Positions 62,122 through 64,000 of a stretch of DNA of 64,000 bases are shown one piece after another (the first letter of the stretch is position 1; each line of letters opens with the position of its first letter). The notes beneath the pieces are model-generated. The model searched no databases. It had not been told where the DNA came from and saw only the letters and a program-made list of their open reading frames with translations. Both the position numbers and the translations under genes were made by a program. The stretch is from an uncultured Nitrospiraceae bacterium. Lineage in GTDB: Bacteria; Nitrospirota; Thermodesulfovibrionia; Thermodesulfovibrionales; SM23-35. The stretch is taken from positions 128,001 through 192,000 of the forward strand of contig CAVSHB010000003.1 of NCBI GenBank assembly GCA_963727775.1, in the 5' to 3' direction.

Positions 62122-62880
62122 TTGGACAGGGAAAAAATATCGGTTACCATTATAACGCATAATGAGGAAGACAATATAAGGGACTGTCTTGACAGCGTAA
62201 AATGGGCCGATGAAATAGTCGTGGTTGATTCAGGGAGTACAGACGGGACCACTGAGATTTGCCGTGAATATACGGATAAGGTTTTTTTTAATTCCTGGAC
62301 CGGAATGAAGGAACAAAAGCAATGTGCCGTCGATAAGGCTTCCCATCTTTGGATATTCAGCATAGATGCCGATGAAAGGGCCACGGAGGAGATCAAACAA
62401 TTTATTATTCGGGAATTGGAAAATCCATCCCATGACGGATACCGCTTTCCAAGGCAAAATTACTTTCTCGGCAAATGGCTCAAATACGGAGGGTGGTATC
62501 CCGACCATGTTTTGAGGTTTTTCAGAAGAGATAAGGGGCACTTTGGCGGAATAAACCCTCATGACAAGGTGGTCATCACGAACGGCAAGGTTAATACGGT
62601 AAAATTTCCGATTATCCATCACACCTATAAATCCATATCACAATATTTAACAAAGCAGAACATGTATTCAGGCATATCAGCGAAGGAGTTATTTTATTCC
62701 GGGAAGAAGATTCCTCCGTATATCATCCCGATAAAAGCATCATGGAAATTTATAGAAACTTACTTCATAAAAAAGGGTTTTATGGATGGATTTCACGGAT
62801 TTATTGCGGCTATGGGCGCGACATATTCGATGTTCTGGAAATATATTCACTTATGGGAATTGTCCCGGAAAAATAAATGA
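62122..62880 (+). CDS. GT2 glycosyltransferase (WaaE/KdtX-like)
   Basis: ITHNEE, VVDSGSTDGT, IDADE, GWYPD, GFMDG. Confidence 0.88.
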   Translation: MDREKISVTIITHNEEDNIRDCLDSVKWADEIVVVDSGSTDGTTEICREYTDKVFFNSWTGMKEQKQCAVDKASHLWIFSIDADERATEEIKQFIIRELENPSHDGYRFPRQNYFLGKWLKYGGWYPDHVLRFFRRDKGHFGGINPHDKVVITNGKVNTVKFPIIHHTYKSISQYLTKQNMYSGISAKELFYSGKKIPPYIIPIKASWKFIETYFIKKGFMDGFHGFIAAMGATYSMFWKYIHLWELSRKNK

Positions 62881-62885
62881 GATAT

Positions 62886-63875
62886 CTATCTATTTTTAAA
62901 ATGCCACCTGTATGCCGTTTCCACAATAGTATCAATATCCGCATATTGCGGTGTCCAGCCTAATACTTCTATCGCCTTTTTGTAGTTGCTGATCAAAACC
63001 GGCGGGTCTCCTTCACGTCTCCCTGATTCAGTAACCCTGAAATTATTCTTGCTTATTCGTTTCACCGCAATAATAATTTCTCTCACCGAGTGACCGACCC
63101 CGTTACCTAAATTAAATGAATTGCTTGTGTCCTTATCCATTAAATATTGAAGCGCTTTGACATGGGCATCCGATAAATCGGTAACATGGATGTAATCCCT
63201 GATACACGTGCCGTCTTTCGTGGGATAATCGGTCCCGAATATTTTGATATCATCGTTAATACCTAAAGCGGCGTAAACCGCCAATGGAATAAGATGGGTT
63301 TCCGGGTCATGCCTTTCGCCTATTTCACCTTCCGGGTCCGCCCCCGCAGCATTGAAATATCTTAAATTAACATGTCTTATCCCATATGCCTTGTCGTAGT
63401 CCTCCAGGATTTGTTCTATCATCAGCTTGCTTCTGCCGTAAGGGTTTACAGGCTTCTGTGGATGGTCTTCAATTATGGGGATCTCGCGGGGAATGCCATA
63501 TGTAGCACACGTGGAAGAAAAAATAAAATATCGCGTATTCGATTCCCTCATAACCTCCAGCAGATTGAGGGTATTCGACACATTATTCAGATAATACCTG
63601 GCCGGATCGACAACCGATTCACCCACATACGCAAAGGCGCTGAAATGCATTACGGCATCGATCTGATATTTCTTAAAGCAGAGTCTTATTTGGTCTTTGT
63701 CGGCAAGATCTCCCAGAATGAACTCTCCCCACTTGACAAAATCCCGGTTGCCATAGACAAGATTATCAAAGACAACGGTTTTGAAACCGTTCTTGTTTAA
63801 AAATTTGTTAACGTGAGAACCTATATAACCGGCGCCCCCAACGATAAGTATCATTTTCATTTTTCTCCTCTTCAT
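62886..63875 (-). CDS. galE: UDP-glucose 4-epimerase
   Basis: GGAGYIGSH, YGRSK, LRYFNAAGA, DGTCIRDYIHV. Confidence 0.96.
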   Translation of the reverse strand: MKRRKMKMILIVGGAGYIGSHVNKFLNKNGFKTVVFDNLVYGNRDFVKWGEFILGDLADKDQIRLCFKKYQIDAVMHFSAFAYVGESVVDPARYYLNNVSNTLNLLEVMRESNTRYFIFSSTCATYGIPREIPIIEDHPQKPVNPYGRSKLMIEQILEDYDKAYGIRHVNLRYFNAAGADPEGEIGERHDPETHLIPLAVYAALGINDDIKIFGTDYPTKDGTCIRDYIHVTDLSDAHVKALQYLMDKDTSNSFNLGNGVGHSVREIIIAVKRISKNNFRVTESGRREGDPPVLISNYKKAIEVLGWTPQYADIDTIVETAYRWHFKNR

Positions 63876-64000
63876 CTATTATCCGTATCTGCGATGCATA
63901 AATCCACGATCTTTCTTAGCTGTGTTTCAAAATCGAGATATCTTATTGTCTCTCTAATCTCTCGTTTTGAAAGATGATCACTTAAGGCCGTCCCCATTGC
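63872..64000 (-). CDS. C-terminal fragment of an upstream gene (possibly a glycosyltransferase)
   Basis: Open frame from the window end to a TGA overlapping the galE ATG. Confidence 0.4.
   Translation of the reverse strand, partial: AMGTALSDHLSKREIRETIRYLDFETQLRKIVDLCIADTDNR

Overview
This is a 64-kb, mostly housekeeping chromosomal segment of a diderm bacterium. Gene content and order suggest Nitrospirota (Thermodesulfovibrionia-like) or a Desulfobacterota-like lineage; this is inference. Core genes: yajC-secDF-recJ, purL/purB, rpsB-tsf-pyrH-frr-dksA, ccsA-hemA-hemC, fur-feoB, argG-dprA-topA, mlaEFD, pgi, atpZ/atpI, hemL, archease-rtcB, a porin, rfaE1, hisAF, msbA and galE. Accessory parts: a sigma54-preceded type IV minor-pilin/PilY1 operon, an IS200-type element, a HEAT-repeat gene and a multi-MshEN protein. 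The most striking unexplained signal is a family of ~150-bp T-shaped palindromic elements (6103-6251, 20301-20464, 20566-20720). They have a conserved three-way-junction core, compensatory stem substitutions and TATTCATAA-type ends; one copy was hit by the IS200 element and supplies a gene's stop codon. Other notable items are in-frame repeat insertions in purL, hemC and recJ, a 4-Cys mini-module repeated four times in PilY1, three small ORFs missed by the ORF track, and a frameshifted dprA. No rRNA, tRNA or CRISPR array was recognised.
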